DNA from: Camelus dromedarius
Lineage: Eukaryota
Reading direction: 5' to 3'
Assembly (NCBI RefSeq): GCF_036321535.1
Contig: NC_087447.1
Coordinates: 40,984,001 to 41,048,000, forward strand
DNA: 64,000 nucleotides
A program made the translations under genes and the position numbers. A model generated the notes under the pieces. It saw only the letters and a list, made by a program, of their open reading frames with translations. It had not been told where the DNA came from and did not search any database. Position 1 is the first letter of the stretch. Each line of letters opens with the position of its first letter. This document shows, one piece after another, positions 23,153-36,459 of this stretch.

Positions 23153-23914
23153 AGTCTGGTGCTGGCAACTGTACCAGGCAAAGCAGAAAGAGGCGAGAAG
23201 GCATGTAAGGAGAGTAGTAAGTTCTTTCCACAGCCCAAGAGACAAAATCATGGACTGGCAGCCTGAGTCCTCCCTTGGAAGTCTCAAGAAAAGGCTAAAA
23301 GCAGGAGAATTGTCAAATTTCCTGACTCAAAGTCAAAGACAAACATGGGGAAACAAGAAGCATGCACAGAAACAGGTGTGGGGAAATAGGGAAAGCCCAG
23401 CCGAGTGCTTGGACTTGGGAATGAGGGTACAGTTCCAAGGTCATCAGTTCTAGCTAGTTCAGCCTAGAAGAAACTTTCCCACCCAGGACTGGAGCCCTGA
23501 CCAACAAGCTCTCCTCATGGAGAGCTGGGTATGAAGTACCAGCTTCTCCAGATGAAAACAGAGAGGACGGTTGTCAATTTTATCCTGTACTAAGCAGGAG
23601 AGCTGGTAGCTAGAAAATGGGAAGTGAATATATTATCCAAGACAGAGTCTGAGAAGTCCACAGTCATAAATGATGCTGGATAATGACTTGGCTAACAGGG
23701 AGATTCTGAAGGTGAGACTCTGGATCCTAGGCTGCGTTGAAAATTACATGTGATGGGAATCAAAAAAGTGGGCTTCAGGAAGGAGGATGAGGCCTGAGAA
23801 ACCTGGGTTGTGGAGCAGTAAGCCAGTCAGTCAGATAAGGATGAGCTGGCTTGGAGCCCAGAATGGAGGATGTTGGACAAGATGCACAGTAGCAGACATC
23901 CTTTGTCAGAGGAA

Positions 23915-24125
23915 GCAGGGTGGGAAAGAAAGTGCCTAGCGTGGGAGCCAGACCTCCTGGGGTTCAAGTCCTGGTTCTACCACTTACTTGCTTAGTAACT
24001 TTGGGCAAGTGGCTTAGCCTCTCTGAATCTCTGCATAGAATTCTGTGAGGGAGAAATAAGGTGACATAGGAAAAATGCACAGCATAGTGTCTGCCCCAGG
24101 TAGAAGCCCTTAAGTGTTTTGTTAA
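23915..24125 (+). mobile_element. MIR SINE
   Basis: gggttcaagtcctggttctaccacttac...ctttgggcaagtggcttagcctctctg. Confidence 0.8.
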
Positions 24126-24209
24126 CCTAAGAAGTCCTGTAAAAAGGAGTACATGGTCCTTTCAAAGTCCCTTTTCTCTTGTATCTAAAGGATATGGAAT
24201 TTAAGGGGT

Positions 24210-27200
24210 TAGAAATTATTTCAAGCATCTTCTCTGACCACGGTGGCGTGAAACTAGAAATCAACCACAGAAAAACAAATGAGAAAAAAATGACAGCATG
24301 GAGACTAAACAACATGCTACTAAAAAACGAATGGGTCAATGATGGAATCAAAGAAGAAATATTAAAATATCTGAAACAAATGACAATGAAAATACAACCA
24401 CACAAAATCTATGGGATGCAGCAAAAGCAGTCCTAAGAGGGAAGTTCATAGCAATACAAGCCTTCCTCAAAAAAGAACAATCTCAAATAAACAACATAAC
24501 CTACCATCTAAAAGAATTAGAAAAAGAAGAACAAACAAAACCTAAAGTCAGCAGAAGGAAAGAAATAATAAAGATCAGGGAGGAAATAAATAAAATAGAG
24601 ATTAAAAAAACAACAGAAAATATCAATCAAACCAAGAGCTGTTGTTGTTTTTTTTTTTTTTTTTTTGAAAGAGTAAACAAAATTTACAAACCTCTGGCCA
24701 GGCTCACCAAGAAAAGAGAGCACACACAAATGAAATAAGAAATGAAAATGGAGAAATTACAACCATCACAGAAATACAAAATAAAATCATAAAAGAATAC
24801 TATGAAAAACTATATGGCAATAAATTGGACAATTTAGAAGAAATGGACAAGTTTCTAGAAACATAGAGTGCACCAAAACTGAATCAAGAAGAAATAGATC
24901 GTTTGAACAGGCAATCACTAGAATTGAAATAGGATCAGAAATTAAAAAACCTCCCTGCAAACAGAAGTCCAGGACCAGATGGCTTCACTGGGGAATTCTA
25001 TCAAACATACAAAGAAGAGCACATACCAATATTTTTCAAACTATTCCAAAAGATTGAGAGGAAGGAATAGCCCCAAACTGATTCTATGAAGCCACCATCA
25101 CCCTGACACCAAAGCCAGACAAAGACACTACCAAAAAAGAAAACTATAGGCCAATATCATTGATGAACATAGATGCAAAAATCCTCAACAAAATATTAGC
25201 AAACAGTATCCAATAACGCATAAAAAAGATTATACACCATGATCAAGTTCATCTCAGGGACACAAGGATGGTTCAACATATACAAATCAATCAGTGTGAT
25301 ACACCTCATCAACAAGAGAAAGGACAAAAATCACATGATTATCTCAATAGATGCAGTAAAAGCATTTGATAAAATTCAACACATATTTATGATAAAAACT
25401 CTAACCAAAGTGGATATAGAGGAAACATATCTCAACATAATAAAAGCAATTTATAACAAATCTATGGCCAACATAATACTCAATGGTGAAAAATTGAAAG
25501 CCTTCCCACTAAAATCTGGAACAAGACAAGGATGCCCACTCTCACCACTTCTATTCAATATAGTATTGGAAGTCCTAGCCATAGCAGTTAGACAAGAAAA
25601 AGAAATAAAAAGGATCCAAACTGGAAGAGAAGAGGTAAAACTGTCATTATATGCAGATGACATGATACTATATATAGAAAACCCTAAAGGCTCCACATAA
25701 AAACTACTAGAGCTGATAAAAGAATTCAGTAAGGTAGCAGGATACAAGATTAACATACAGAAATCAGTTGCATTTCTCTGCACTAACAATGAAATATCAA
25801 AAAAGAAAAGTAAAGGAACAATCCCTTTTAAAATTGCATCCCCCAAAAATAAAATACTTAGGAATAAATCTGACCAAGGAAGTGAAAGACTTATATGAAG
25901 AGAACTATAAAACATTGACTAAGGAAATTAAAGATGACTTAAAGAAATGGAAAGGTATCCCATGTTCTTAGGCTGGAAGAATTAATATTGTTAAAATGGC
26001 CATACTACTCAAAGCAATCTACAAATTTAATGAGATCCCTATCAAATTAACCATGACATTTTTCACAGAACTAGAAAAAGTAATCCTAAAATTTATACAG
26101 AATCACAAAAGACCCAGGATTGCCAAAGCAATGCTGAAGAAAAAGAATGAAGCTAGAGGAATAACCCTCCCAGACTTCAGACAATCCCACAGAGCTACAG
26201 TAATCAAAACAGCACGATATTGGTACAAATACAGACATATGGATCAATGGATGAGAATAGAGAGCCTAGAAATAAACCCACAAACTTTTGGTCAATTAAT
26301 CTTTGACAGAGGAGGTAAGAACATACAATGGAGTAAAAACAGTCTCAGTGAAGTTAGAACACTCCCTCACACCATACACAAAAGTAAACTCAAAATGGCT
26401 TAAAGACTTAAACATAAGACAAAACACTATAAACCTCTTAGAAGAAAATACAGGCAAAATATTATTTGACATAAATCTTAGCAATGTTCTCCTAGGGCAG
26501 TCTAGCCAGGCAATAGAAATAAAAACAAAAATAAACAAATGGGACCTAATTAAACTTACAAGCTTTAGCCCAGCAGAGGAAACCATAAGCAAAACAAAAT
26601 GACAACCTATGGAATGGGAGAAAATATTTTCAAAAGATGAGACTGACAAGGGCTTAATTTCCAGAATATATAAACAGTTCACACAACTTAATAAGAAAAA
26701 AACAAACAACCCAATCCAAAAATGGGCAGAAGACTTAAACAAGCAATTCTCCAATGAAGACATACAAATGCCCAATAGGCACATGAGAAAATGCTCAATA
26801 ATGCTAGTTATCAGAGAAATGCAAATCAAGACTACAATGAGGTATCAACTCACACCAGTCAGAATGGCCATCATTAAAAAGTCCACAAATGATAAATGCT
26901 GGAGATGCTGTGGAAAAAAGGGAATCCTCCAACAATGCTGGTGGGAATGTAGTTTGGTGCAGTCATTATGGAAAACAGTATGGAAACTAAAAAGACTGAA
27001 AATAAACTTATCATGCGATCCAGCAATCTCATTCCTGGGCATATATACAGAGGGGACCTTAATTTAAAAAGATACATGCACCCCAATGTTCATAGCAACA
27101 CTATTTACAATAGCCAAGACATGGAAACAACCGAAATGTCCATCGACAGATGACTGGATAAAGAAGTTGTGGTATATTTATACAGTGGAATACTATTCAG

Positions 27201-27655
27201 CCATAAAGACGACAACATAATGCCATTTGCAGCAACATGGATGTCCCTAGAGAATGTCATTCTAAGTGAAGTAAGCCAGAAAGAGAAAGAAAAATACCAT
27301 ATGATATCACTTATATGTGGACTCTAAAAAAAAAAGACAAATGAACTTATTTAAAAAACAGAAACAGACTCATAGATATAGAAAACAAACTTCTGGTTAC
27401 CAGGTGGGGAACGGGGTGGGATGAAATAAATTGGGAGTTCAAGATTTGCAGATACTAACAAATATATATAAAATAGATAAACAGCAAATTCATACTGTAT
27501 AGCATAAGGAACTATATTCAATATCTTGTAGTAACTTACTGTGGAAAAGAATATGAAAACGAATATATGTATGTTCATGTATGACAGAAGCACTGTGCTG
27601 TACACCAGAAATTGACACAATTATACTTTAATAAATATATATATAAATAAATAAA
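24210..27655 (+). mobile_element. 5'-truncated LINE-1 (3.4 kb) with disrupted ORF2 (end of endonuclease, RT, C-terminal domain) and 3' UTR
   Basis: ORF fragments give [31 protein letters not shown] (25650-25661) and CWWEC; many stops and frameshifts; degenerate TSD aaaggatatggaattt (24187-24202) / aaaagatacggaaatt (27653-27668). Confidence 0.97.
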
Positions 27656-28469
27656 AGATACGGAAATTGGATTTTGTATTGCTATCTTTCTCATCACAGA
27701 CAAAATATCTAAGTCAGACTGAACCCTTTAGCAAATGAATCCATCCAATGCAAGCATGTCCCTTTCTCAAAACCTTTTGTAAGGAAATTTCTTTGTCTCA
27801 CATCCCATTTTGTTGTTTTAATTCTTTAGAACTGGGGCTGAACCTCTGTTTCGAAGCCTCAATACCTAATATTCCAATTAGGAGAGGTGAAACAGAGCAG
27901 TAGCACTATGTCCAATTCTTCTAGTCCCACCATCAGGAAATACTGATGTCTTCTCTTGGCTCAAGCTTCCATGCTCAGGAGGGGAAGGCCTTCTACTCGA
28001 CAGCCCAGAGCTACCCACTTGAAAATACTCAGTGTCTGAGAACGGTAGTCACACACAAACACACACAAAAGAATAAGAGAAAAGTCAATCAATGTTACCT
28101 GAGCCCCTAGATGTAACTTGGCATCCATGGAAATCATGGAATTCTCTCTCAGTGATGCTTAGAGACAAAAGAGTTCTCTAGTTCATTTATTGCTCCTGGG
28201 GGAGAATATACCTGCTTTGGGTTCCACACGTGTTTTGCACACATGCTTCCTCATGTACTCGGTAAGCATTTACTGAACATCTACTGTGTGCCAGCCACTA
28301 TGCTGGACTGTGAGCAATTCAGAGATGAGAGCAAAATCCCCTCCATGGTTTGGACTTTTACTCACCATTTCTGCTACGGTGGTTTTCTCCCCACCTTCCT
28401 TACTTTCTGCCGCCTGAGTCTTGGCAGGGAGAGACTGACTTCTTTTTCTCTTCTTCCTCTGTGACATCT

Positions 28470-28560
28470 CATCCATCCATCCATCCATCCATCCATCCAT
28501 TAATCTATCCACGCAATTCTTCATTACATCCTTCCATTCATCCATCAATCCATCCATTCA
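28470..28560 (+). repeat. (CCAT)n / (CATT)n microsatellite at an L2 tail
   Basis: catccatccatccatccatccatccatccat followed by degenerate units. Confidence 0.9.
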
Positions 28561-29225
28561 AGGAGCAGACAACTATGCTCCAGAAACTGATGAGCACTGG
28601 GCAGGCTGAGCAGAACAAGCACAGGCCTGGCACTAGAAGAGCTCATAATGGGTTCTGGTGGGGAAAATGAAAAATTTTCCAAATGTTTATGAAGAGTATG
28701 AAGAGAGCAGTGTGAGACTCCAAAGGAGAAAATGATTAATCCTAGGGAGTATGAGAAGATGACATCAAAAAGCTAACCTTTTAGATGAATTTGGAAGGTA
28801 ACAAAGAGGGGGAAAATGCTATCCAGAGGAAACAGCCACTGCAATAACTTAAAGAGACTTAAAGTAACAGAGTATAAACAGAAAAAAAAATGTCAAGGCA
28901 CTCAATATGATTGGCGCCAAGGAGGCACACATGAAAGGAATATAAAATAAGGTTAAAGGTGGACTAGCCAGATTTGGAGGCTCCTAAATGTCAGACTAAG
29001 TTTCTGAACTTTTCTCTGGAAACCACAGGAAGTCATTGGATGTCAAGTTTGGAAAAACGGTTCTGGCTGCAGAGGGTCAACAGGAAGGGGCAAGAGAGGG
29101 GGCTGGAAGGCCAGTTAGGATGTTGGTACAATGGACCAAATGAGAAGTGAGGCCTGGAGTAAGGGCATGAGGGCGTGGAGTGAGAGGAGGTGATGGAGGA
29201 AGGAGGAAGTTTCTTTAGATGTTGA
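28560..29225 (-). mobile_element. L2 LINE 3' region
   Basis: cagaacaagcacaggcctggcactagaagagctcata...gttctggctgcagaggg...aaatgagaagtgaggcctggagtaaggg. Confidence 0.65.
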
Positions 29226-29904
29226 AAGCAAGACTCCTGTCTCAAGAGTGTCAATAAATCAATGCTTCTTGTGCTGCAGCCAAAGACCTTGGTAAGGCTC
29301 CTTGGGGCGCAGCCATCGGCAAAATGCTGTAAGTCCTGGCTCACCATCAGGGAAGACAAGCCGTCTGCCAGCCTGAAAGTAACGACTCTCCTAGGAAATG
29401 TACTGGTGTCTGCACCAACAGCCCGATGCTGACCTGTGACAGCATCAAAGCCCAAGTCAGTGAGGCTGTTCCCCTGGGCTAGAGCTAACGACAAGGCAGT
29501 GGTCAGAGCATGGCCCTCAGTCCCTGGTGACTGAGGTTTCCACATCTACAAGTCCCACTAGAAGACAGAGCCCAGGGTGTGACAAATCACACACTCTCTT
29601 TTTCTCAGTTTCACACCCTTAGTATTCAACATAATTTTTTCACCAACAGGCAGTTTATTTAAGTCTGTTTGTCTTCCATTGATATTGTAAGGTTCTTGTT
29701 ACTCAGATCTAAAGGACCACTCCAGAGTGACAAAGCCACAGAGAAGAGAAAACTGGAATGCTTATCCGGAGGAGAAAAAGTAATCAAGAGCTCTTCAAAT
29801 TGGTAACAAAAAGGAGGTAAAATGTATCCCATACCTACTGAGCTTGTGACAGTAATTTTAAAAAAAATTCTTTTTTCTCGATAGCTCTGCGAAGTGAGTT
29901 TAGG

Positions 29905-30000
29905 ATTGCCATTTAAGAGAAGGGGAAACTGAGGCACATCGAGTTCAGGCCACTTGCCTAATGTCACATGAATTTGCCAAGCCATGGTTTAAATGCAAAG
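29905..30000 (-). mobile_element. MIR SINE fragment
   Basis: ggggaaactgaggcac...cacttgcctaatgtcaca. Confidence 0.65.
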
Positions 30001-31226
30001 CTCCCTCATCTGGAAGACCCTGTGTGTTCCACCACATTATGTCACCTCCAGGCGGCAGCACCAGAGAGCATGGATGAGGGATCAGAGCCTGAGATGCCCC
30101 AGGCTTGGAGCTAGGAGACTGGAGTTTTCAAGTCTTGGACCCCTTAATAGTACTGTGACCTTGGACAGACCATGCGGCTTCACAGCCATCATTGGTTCTG
30201 CCCCTAAAATGATGAGACACCTTGGATTATCCAGGCCCACAGTTCTGTTTCCATATCAAGCAAGAGAATGACTCACTGTCACATGAATAAAGTTTTACAG
30301 ACAGCATTCTACTTGGCTTGATGTTAAAATGTCTCTCTGCATCTGTCATAAAATAAAACAGAGCCTTGATTGTGCGTTTCAACAGAGCACATCACTTCAC
30401 TGGTCTGGTCTTCAGAGTTTCCTCGGATTCAACTTTTCTGAATTTTTGTTGAGGGTCTGTTCCATGCTAGGTATATTCTGTCAACAACCCAGTGAGGTGT
30501 GGGTGAAATAACTTGTCCAGCTGGTACAGTCCTAAATTTAGTGGTTCCGCACTTTCCCAGTAAATGAACTCATTGCCTTTTCCCAGATACAAACTTCAGG
30601 AACACTAAATTCAGGTATAATTCAGGTGTTAAGAGATGTTATAGGACCAAGAACATTCTATGCACAAACAAGTTGGGGAAAACACCCTATCAAACAAGGA
30701 TAAACAAGCTTATTTATTGACTGTGGGACTCCTCCAAGACTTCGATAAACTGAGACCATTACGGATCTCCAAGAGGGGAAAGAATAATCAGGGTTTCCCC
30801 AAACTTTCTGAACTACAGCATCTTTTTCAAGGAACACCTAGCCAAATGAATGTTCCAGTGACTACACTTTAGAGAGCACCAGATCATGGGCTTAAAGATC
30901 TTTATGAAGCAGAGGCTGAAGAGTAACTGTAAATGTGTCGCAATACGAAAGATGCAAGCTACTGCCTGACACAGACAAGTCGATGTTCTTTGAATGTTAA
31001 CAGAAAGGGGATCCCATCTGTGTTCATAACGAGCACTATCTTTTTCTAGCAAGTGACCCCACCAGTCACACTATTCTCCCTCAGCTGGGGAAAGAACAGA
31101 GGTCAGATGACCTCTGACATTCTGGGAGTGCATTTTCTGAGCAGACATTCACAGCTTTTAGCTAAACGCCCCTTGTCTTCGCTTGTGACATTTTGGGAAG
31201 ATGTATCATTTGGCAAGGATAGGTCC

Positions 31227-31433
31227 TCACGCCTCTTCGAAGTGCACACGCTTGTCAGGAAGAGGTTTATTCAAGGAGTCTTCTGAGAATTCATCCTTGT
31301 CCGGCATGACCAGAGGGTGTTTTATCCTGAATCTGCCGTCACTGGCAGCGTGGGAGTCAAACCAAAAGCCTTTCACAGTATTTCCACAGGCTGACATTTT
31401 TAAAAGTTGAAGGGTAGTGCTTTTCTTACCCAA
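31227..31433 (-). CDS. Candidate terminal exon with open frame; 56-aa ORF from ATG at 31397 (MSACGNTVKG...LPDKRVHFEEA*)
   Basis: Acceptor ttcctgccctggttctacag|TTG exactly at the ORF start (31433); only this frame stays open; AAAATG context; non-repeat sequence; no homolog recognised. Confidence 0.25.
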   Translation of the reverse strand: MGKKSTTLQLLKMSACGNTVKGFWFDSHAASDGRFRIKHPLVMPDKDEFSEDSLNKPLPDKRVHFEEA

Positions 31434-31689
31434 CTGTAGAACCAGGGCAGGAATATTCCAGTGATGAGGATCATGTCTGTGAACGTGGTGAGTTTATTTT
31501 ATCATTTTCTCATACAAAAATAAAACTAATCTTAAAATGCCAACGAGTTAGCACACACAATTATTGCAGAAAGCTCTGCTTACTTTTTAAAAGTAATTTA
31601 CTTGAAAAAGAAAATATATCTATTTTTTTAATCTTTTCTACTTCTACCCTTACAATAATCCTTATTTTGGGGGTATAAAAATACTCAAG

Positions 31690-32020
31690 TCTTCCTATGA
31701 AATTTTTGAAAAATACAAAAAGTCATAAAGAGAAAAAAAAATAAGTCAGTAGTCCCATCACCCAGGGAAGATCACCAACACCTATTTAGTACTCCCTATG
31801 TATTTCTTTAATTTGTATGCATTTCTTTCACCGGAGAGACATATATTTATTTACACTTGTACACATACATTCCATAAATACAAGTACCGCATATATATGA
31901 TGCGTATATATCATACGAGGGGAAGGTACATATACAAAGGAAGTTTTTACCAAATTGGGAGTGCACCATCCATATTTTCAGGCCTGCTTTTTTCACTTAG
32001 CACTGTATCACAAGCAGTTT
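31690..32020 (-). mobile_element. Ancient L1ME-type 3' fragment
   Basis: gaaaaatacaaaaagtcataaagagaaaa...cccatcacccaggga...cctgcttttttcacttagca. Confidence 0.55.
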
Positions 32021-32659
32021 CCAGGGGCTGACGTTTCCCACTCCAAAGCGCCTGAGGTGTTGGCTCATAGACAAACCGATGAATTTGCAAGCTGCTGCCA
32101 AACATGACTGGTGATGGCCATGGCATTAATATCAGTGGTTCTTGAAAGCAATTAAATTTGGCATTGCTATCGCTACCTAATGTGTTTATATCAGCTCCTG
32201 TAATTGTTTTCTAAAGCCATAAATTTCTCAAGTTAATTATAAACAAATTGCTCTGCTTAATTAATGGGCATCGCTAACGGGTATTATCTACTATGCATGT
32301 GAATGAACCTTGTGACAGCCTCACAGGGGCTGGATTAATGATGTCAGGTCGGTGGCCCTGGGAGGGAAGCCAATCACCCAGAACCCAGGTCTTGAAGATG
32401 CCCAGGAAACCCCGGGGCCAGGATCTGTTGGAGCAAGAGTGTCCTAAGGCTATCGCTGCCCTTGCTGGGTTTTCAAGGTGTTCATCACCTTGGACCTGCC
32501 CAGCGATGCACAAGAAGTATGGAGAGGCTAAGATGGGAGTGACGGGGCACCTCTCAGGTTATTAACGGAAGTCCCTTTCTTCAGCACTGATTTCTTGTCT
32601 GTATCATCCCATGTGGTCCTCCTCACATCCACCCTTCACTGTAACTAGTTTGGCAAGGT

Positions 32660-32892
32660 GGCAATGAGGCTGGACACTGGGGCCAGGCTCCCGGGTTCAA
32701 ATCCCAGCTCTGCCGGCTACTCAATGTGAGAATGTGGACAAGTTACTGCTTAATAGCACCGCACCTCCGTTTGGCCATTTGTAAGATGTGGATAATCACT
32801 GAACCTACCCTGCAAGTTTGTTGTAAGGACTAAATCATTATTGCAGGTGAAGAAAACGTAACAGTGCTCAATAACACCAACTATTGTTATTA
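32660..32892 (+). mobile_element. MIR SINE
   Basis: gggttcaaatcccagctctgcc...tgtaagatgtggataat...gtgctcaataa. Confidence 0.8.
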
Positions 32893-34099
32893 GGTATTTC
32901 AACATCCCACTTTATAGGTGAGATAGCTAAGATTTTGTGGCCCTGGCCAGTGAGGCAAGTGAGGCAAGAAAGTAGGGTGCAAATTTTAATGTGTCTCTAC
33001 TCAGGGTCGCTCCCTCACTGGAGTCCCTGCCAGTGTGACCTGTCCACATCTGTTCAGCGTGGATCCAGAGCTGGAAGACTCCAGAGTCCCTCTGCTCTAA
33101 GACACTCTTTCCTCTTAGCTCTCCTTCCTCACTTTGACAAACTTGCTCTGAAAAAGGCCCCCAGCAGACTGAGGGGACTCTCCAGCCCAACACTTGTTTG
33201 ATGGTTCTCTCTGCAGAAACTGTGCCCCACTTTCTCCTCTGCCTCTTTCTAAAGACATAATACAGGACAGTAGTGTCAGTGAGAACCTCCATTCTCATCC
33301 AGACCATAGCAAGATTCTAGACCTTTGGTAGACAAAGATGACAGAATAGGTTTTGTCCCAAAATAGAAGCCAAGGTGTCCCGTGTCCTTGTCTTTAGTCC
33401 TTATTCACATAACACTCTCCAGTCCCTCATTTAATTGCTCAGCAGAAGAGCTCCCTGTAGCCAGTGGAAGCTGCAGGTGTCTTGAGAGACAAGCCAGGAA
33501 CCCTAGCATCATTGAAGGTGAAGGGATGGAGCTGTTAGTGGGATTCAGTGGAATCAGTAGAACCTTGTCTTGGGCAGTCAATGCCCAGATCCAATACCCT
33601 GGATCACGATACTCTGAGTGTATATTTAGGCCTCATTTCAGCTGAAGTGTCTGCAGATTTCAGGTCTAGACCTCTTGCCCCATCCTCCTGGGAGGGAAGG
33701 CAGGTGCCAAGGACCGCGTACACGTAGTAATGGTCATGGTCATGTCCTGGATGATTGTGGTGGAATTCAGTGATCATCTTAGGAGACTCAAAGCCAACTG
33801 AGCCAAGATGATGTTGGGGGTTGAAAATGGGGAGAGTCCTAGAAATAAAATCATTGTAAGCAACCCTCAAGAAGCAACCTCCCCACTGCAGCCCCTAACA
33901 GGGGCAAGACTGCTCTGATTCCTGACTCTCCCCAAGTGAATGATCTCAGACCCCACTGGCATCTTCCCTGAAGATGTGGAATGGATTTTAACGTGGGGCA
34001 AATGATTTCAAAATGAATAATATGTGTTGTGAAGTTTATGTAAATACATATGGATAATATATATGTAAAAATATATGTGGAGACTAGATATTTGATTTA

Positions 34100-34540
34100 T
34101 TCATCAGCCCATTCATTCATATTTATTTTTCCATTCTGTAATTTATTTTTTCACTTGTATTCTGATTTATTCACTCACTAATTCATTCATTTATTAATTC
34201 ATTTATCAATCCATCTAACAAATCATTTATTCAACAGACCTTTCATGAACACCTACTATGTGCTAATTACCATACCACATGTTAGGAATATAGAATTCAA
34301 TAAAATGAAATCCTTCCTCTTAAGAAATTCACTGTCCAAACGATTCGATAGCCATTTGTATACATAACTGCATTACAATATTTTGGGTTCCACAGTAGAG
34401 ATACATGCAAGGTATTTTGGGAGTTTGAAATTGATGATTCCTGCTTGGGAGCCAGGTGGAAATTTGACAGGAGAAAGGAAGAGTTCATCAAGCAAAGAAG
34501 GTGTGGGGTAAGGACAGGATAGAGCTCTAAGTACAACCGT
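34100..34540 (-). mobile_element. L2 LINE 3' end with expanded (CATT)-like tail
   Basis: attcattcat repeats, then gaacacctactatgtgct...ccttcctcttaagaaattcactgtc. Confidence 0.65.
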
Positions 34541-34622
34541 GTGGAAACAAGCCCACGGCTCCCATAACTCCTAATTCACACTCATCTCAGAGTCAGGATT
34601 CCTGTGCCCTGGGAAGGCTTAC

Positions 34623-34722
34623 GTGGACAGAAGAGAAGACAAACCATTCTTCCCTTTAGCTGCCCTCGTCTACCTGTCACCGGAAGATGAAGGTGATGGT
34701 TTTCAATTTTTCAGGAAATGCT
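34623..34722 (-). other. Candidate 100-nt internal exon (non-coding or 5' UTR)
   Basis: Minus-strand acceptor atccttcccaccttag| at 34722 and donor CAC|GTAAGC at 34623; stops in all three frames. Confidence 0.3.
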
Positions 34723-35534
34723 CTAAGGTGGGAAGGATATAGACCTCTGAGTCCTAGAGTGCGCCTCCCAGGTTAGAGCCCAGTCCTCGTGGCTCTGTCA
34801 CCCTCGGGTGTCTCTGGTCATTCTCAGCCACCACAGGCATAAACCACCAGAATATGGAGAGAGATTCACTCCAAACACTCAAAAGTGTCTTGGTTTGTAG
34901 GGAGCGAATACTGTTTACCACTTCGATGTGCAAATTTCCCAGCTTCTCTCTCAGCGGCCCACAAGATTTATTCTCAATTTATGTAGTATCTTTCCTCCAA
35001 ATAGCTGTATAAATTTTTAATCAAAATTGTACTTTAGGAACTGAAAACTATTTGATTTCTACCAGACTGTCACATTTGGAAGGTATTTTATGAAACCCAA
35101 ATGGAATTTTTTTAATGCCTGTATTTTTTTCTTCAAGTGGGTTTCCAACCAAGGCTTTCAGATTTTCTCCCCTTCTTTAAAAAGGACCTTTTATATACAA
35201 TGTCAAATCTAGAAATGTGACATTCAGTAAGTGACATTCTATTTTAATTCACTTTGACAAAATGATGAACTCTATTTGTGGGAGAATAAGAGCCTCATCT
35301 GACAAGGAGATGTCTCTGGAGTTTTGCTATAAATGAAAAAAAAAACTATTCTTTTTTTTTTCCTGATAAAATGGCAAGTTTGAGATTTTAGAGAAACCTT
35401 TTTGGAAATGATGAAGACATCTATGAATCAGTAGGAAAACCGCCCACCGTAATCACACATCCTATTATCATGATACCCCAGCTGGAACATCCCAAAACTT
35501 CTTCCTATGTCTTCCAGCTGGTTCCTGCCTCACC

Positions 35535-36020
35535 GCTATTTTTTTTTTTTTTTTAAGGTTCTCTCTCTCTCATTATAAACATTTAAAAATTATTTTTATT
35601 TAAAGGTATTTCTTTAATATTATTATTCCTAGGATGTTACATATTTTACTCTAACAGTTTTAATTTATAATTTTAGTTTTTAAGCCTTAAATCTCACCTA
35701 CCTGTACTTTTTTTTTTAGTTTTTACCTTATTTTTGCCTTTCATCTTACTCTTTCATCTCATTTACTTTTATAGTTTTAACCTTTTATTTTGTTGGTTTA
35801 TAACCTTTTCCATTTTCTTTTAAATCTCATCCATTCAATTCCATTGTTATTTTAAGTTTCTAACCTTTGACTTTATTATGATTTATATTCTTTTAAAAAT
35901 GTGTATTGCTTTTTTATTGTTGTTTTAATCTCCTTCTAACCTTCTGTACTCTTGTGATGGAAATAATTTTATTCATTTTCCTTTTTCTTATGTGTATGTC
36001 ATAATTTTTGTTTCTTTTAC
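35535..36020. repeat. T-rich low-complexity tract
   Basis: About 480 bp of strongly T-skewed sequence with no clean repeat unit. Confidence 0.75.
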
Positions 36021-36459
36021 AATGGCCAGGCGCAACACACTGCTACAGCTGTGGTAGCAAAAGAAAAGCTTATGTATAAAAAGAAGAGGCTGGGGCCCTT
36101 CTTTCCTGAGTTTGTCCTGAAAGCCACACCCTGCTCCTCCCCGAGGCCACCCCTTCCTATTCCAGGGCGCCCACTCCACCCCACCCCTGAAACCCAGAGG
36201 ACTCACTGGCTAGTTCTCCCCGGAGTGCTAATTCTCTTTGTACAACCTGACACATCCAACTGAAGGAATCACGCTGCTGCCTACCATCTCATACCCTCCA
36301 AAACTGTAGGAGAGACCTCCTGTTTCTAAATCTTTCATCTCCAACTCAATGAGACATGGACTCTGCTAGGTAGGGCCAGCTTCTATCCAGGGGGTTATTA
36401 AACTTTGCTTCCACCGCCTCGGGGAGATGTTTTTTCTCTGACTTCCTACCAAGCAGAAT

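Noticed and set aside
24179..27153. Reverse transcriptase-containing ORFs as a novel RT system or active element
   Set aside because: Ordinary LINE-1 ORF2; 5'-truncated, no ORF1 or promoter, multiple stops, frameshifts and an internal deletion near 26349
28270..28670. MDGW / HPSI repeat peptides
   Set aside because: Translations of the (CCAT)n microsatellite
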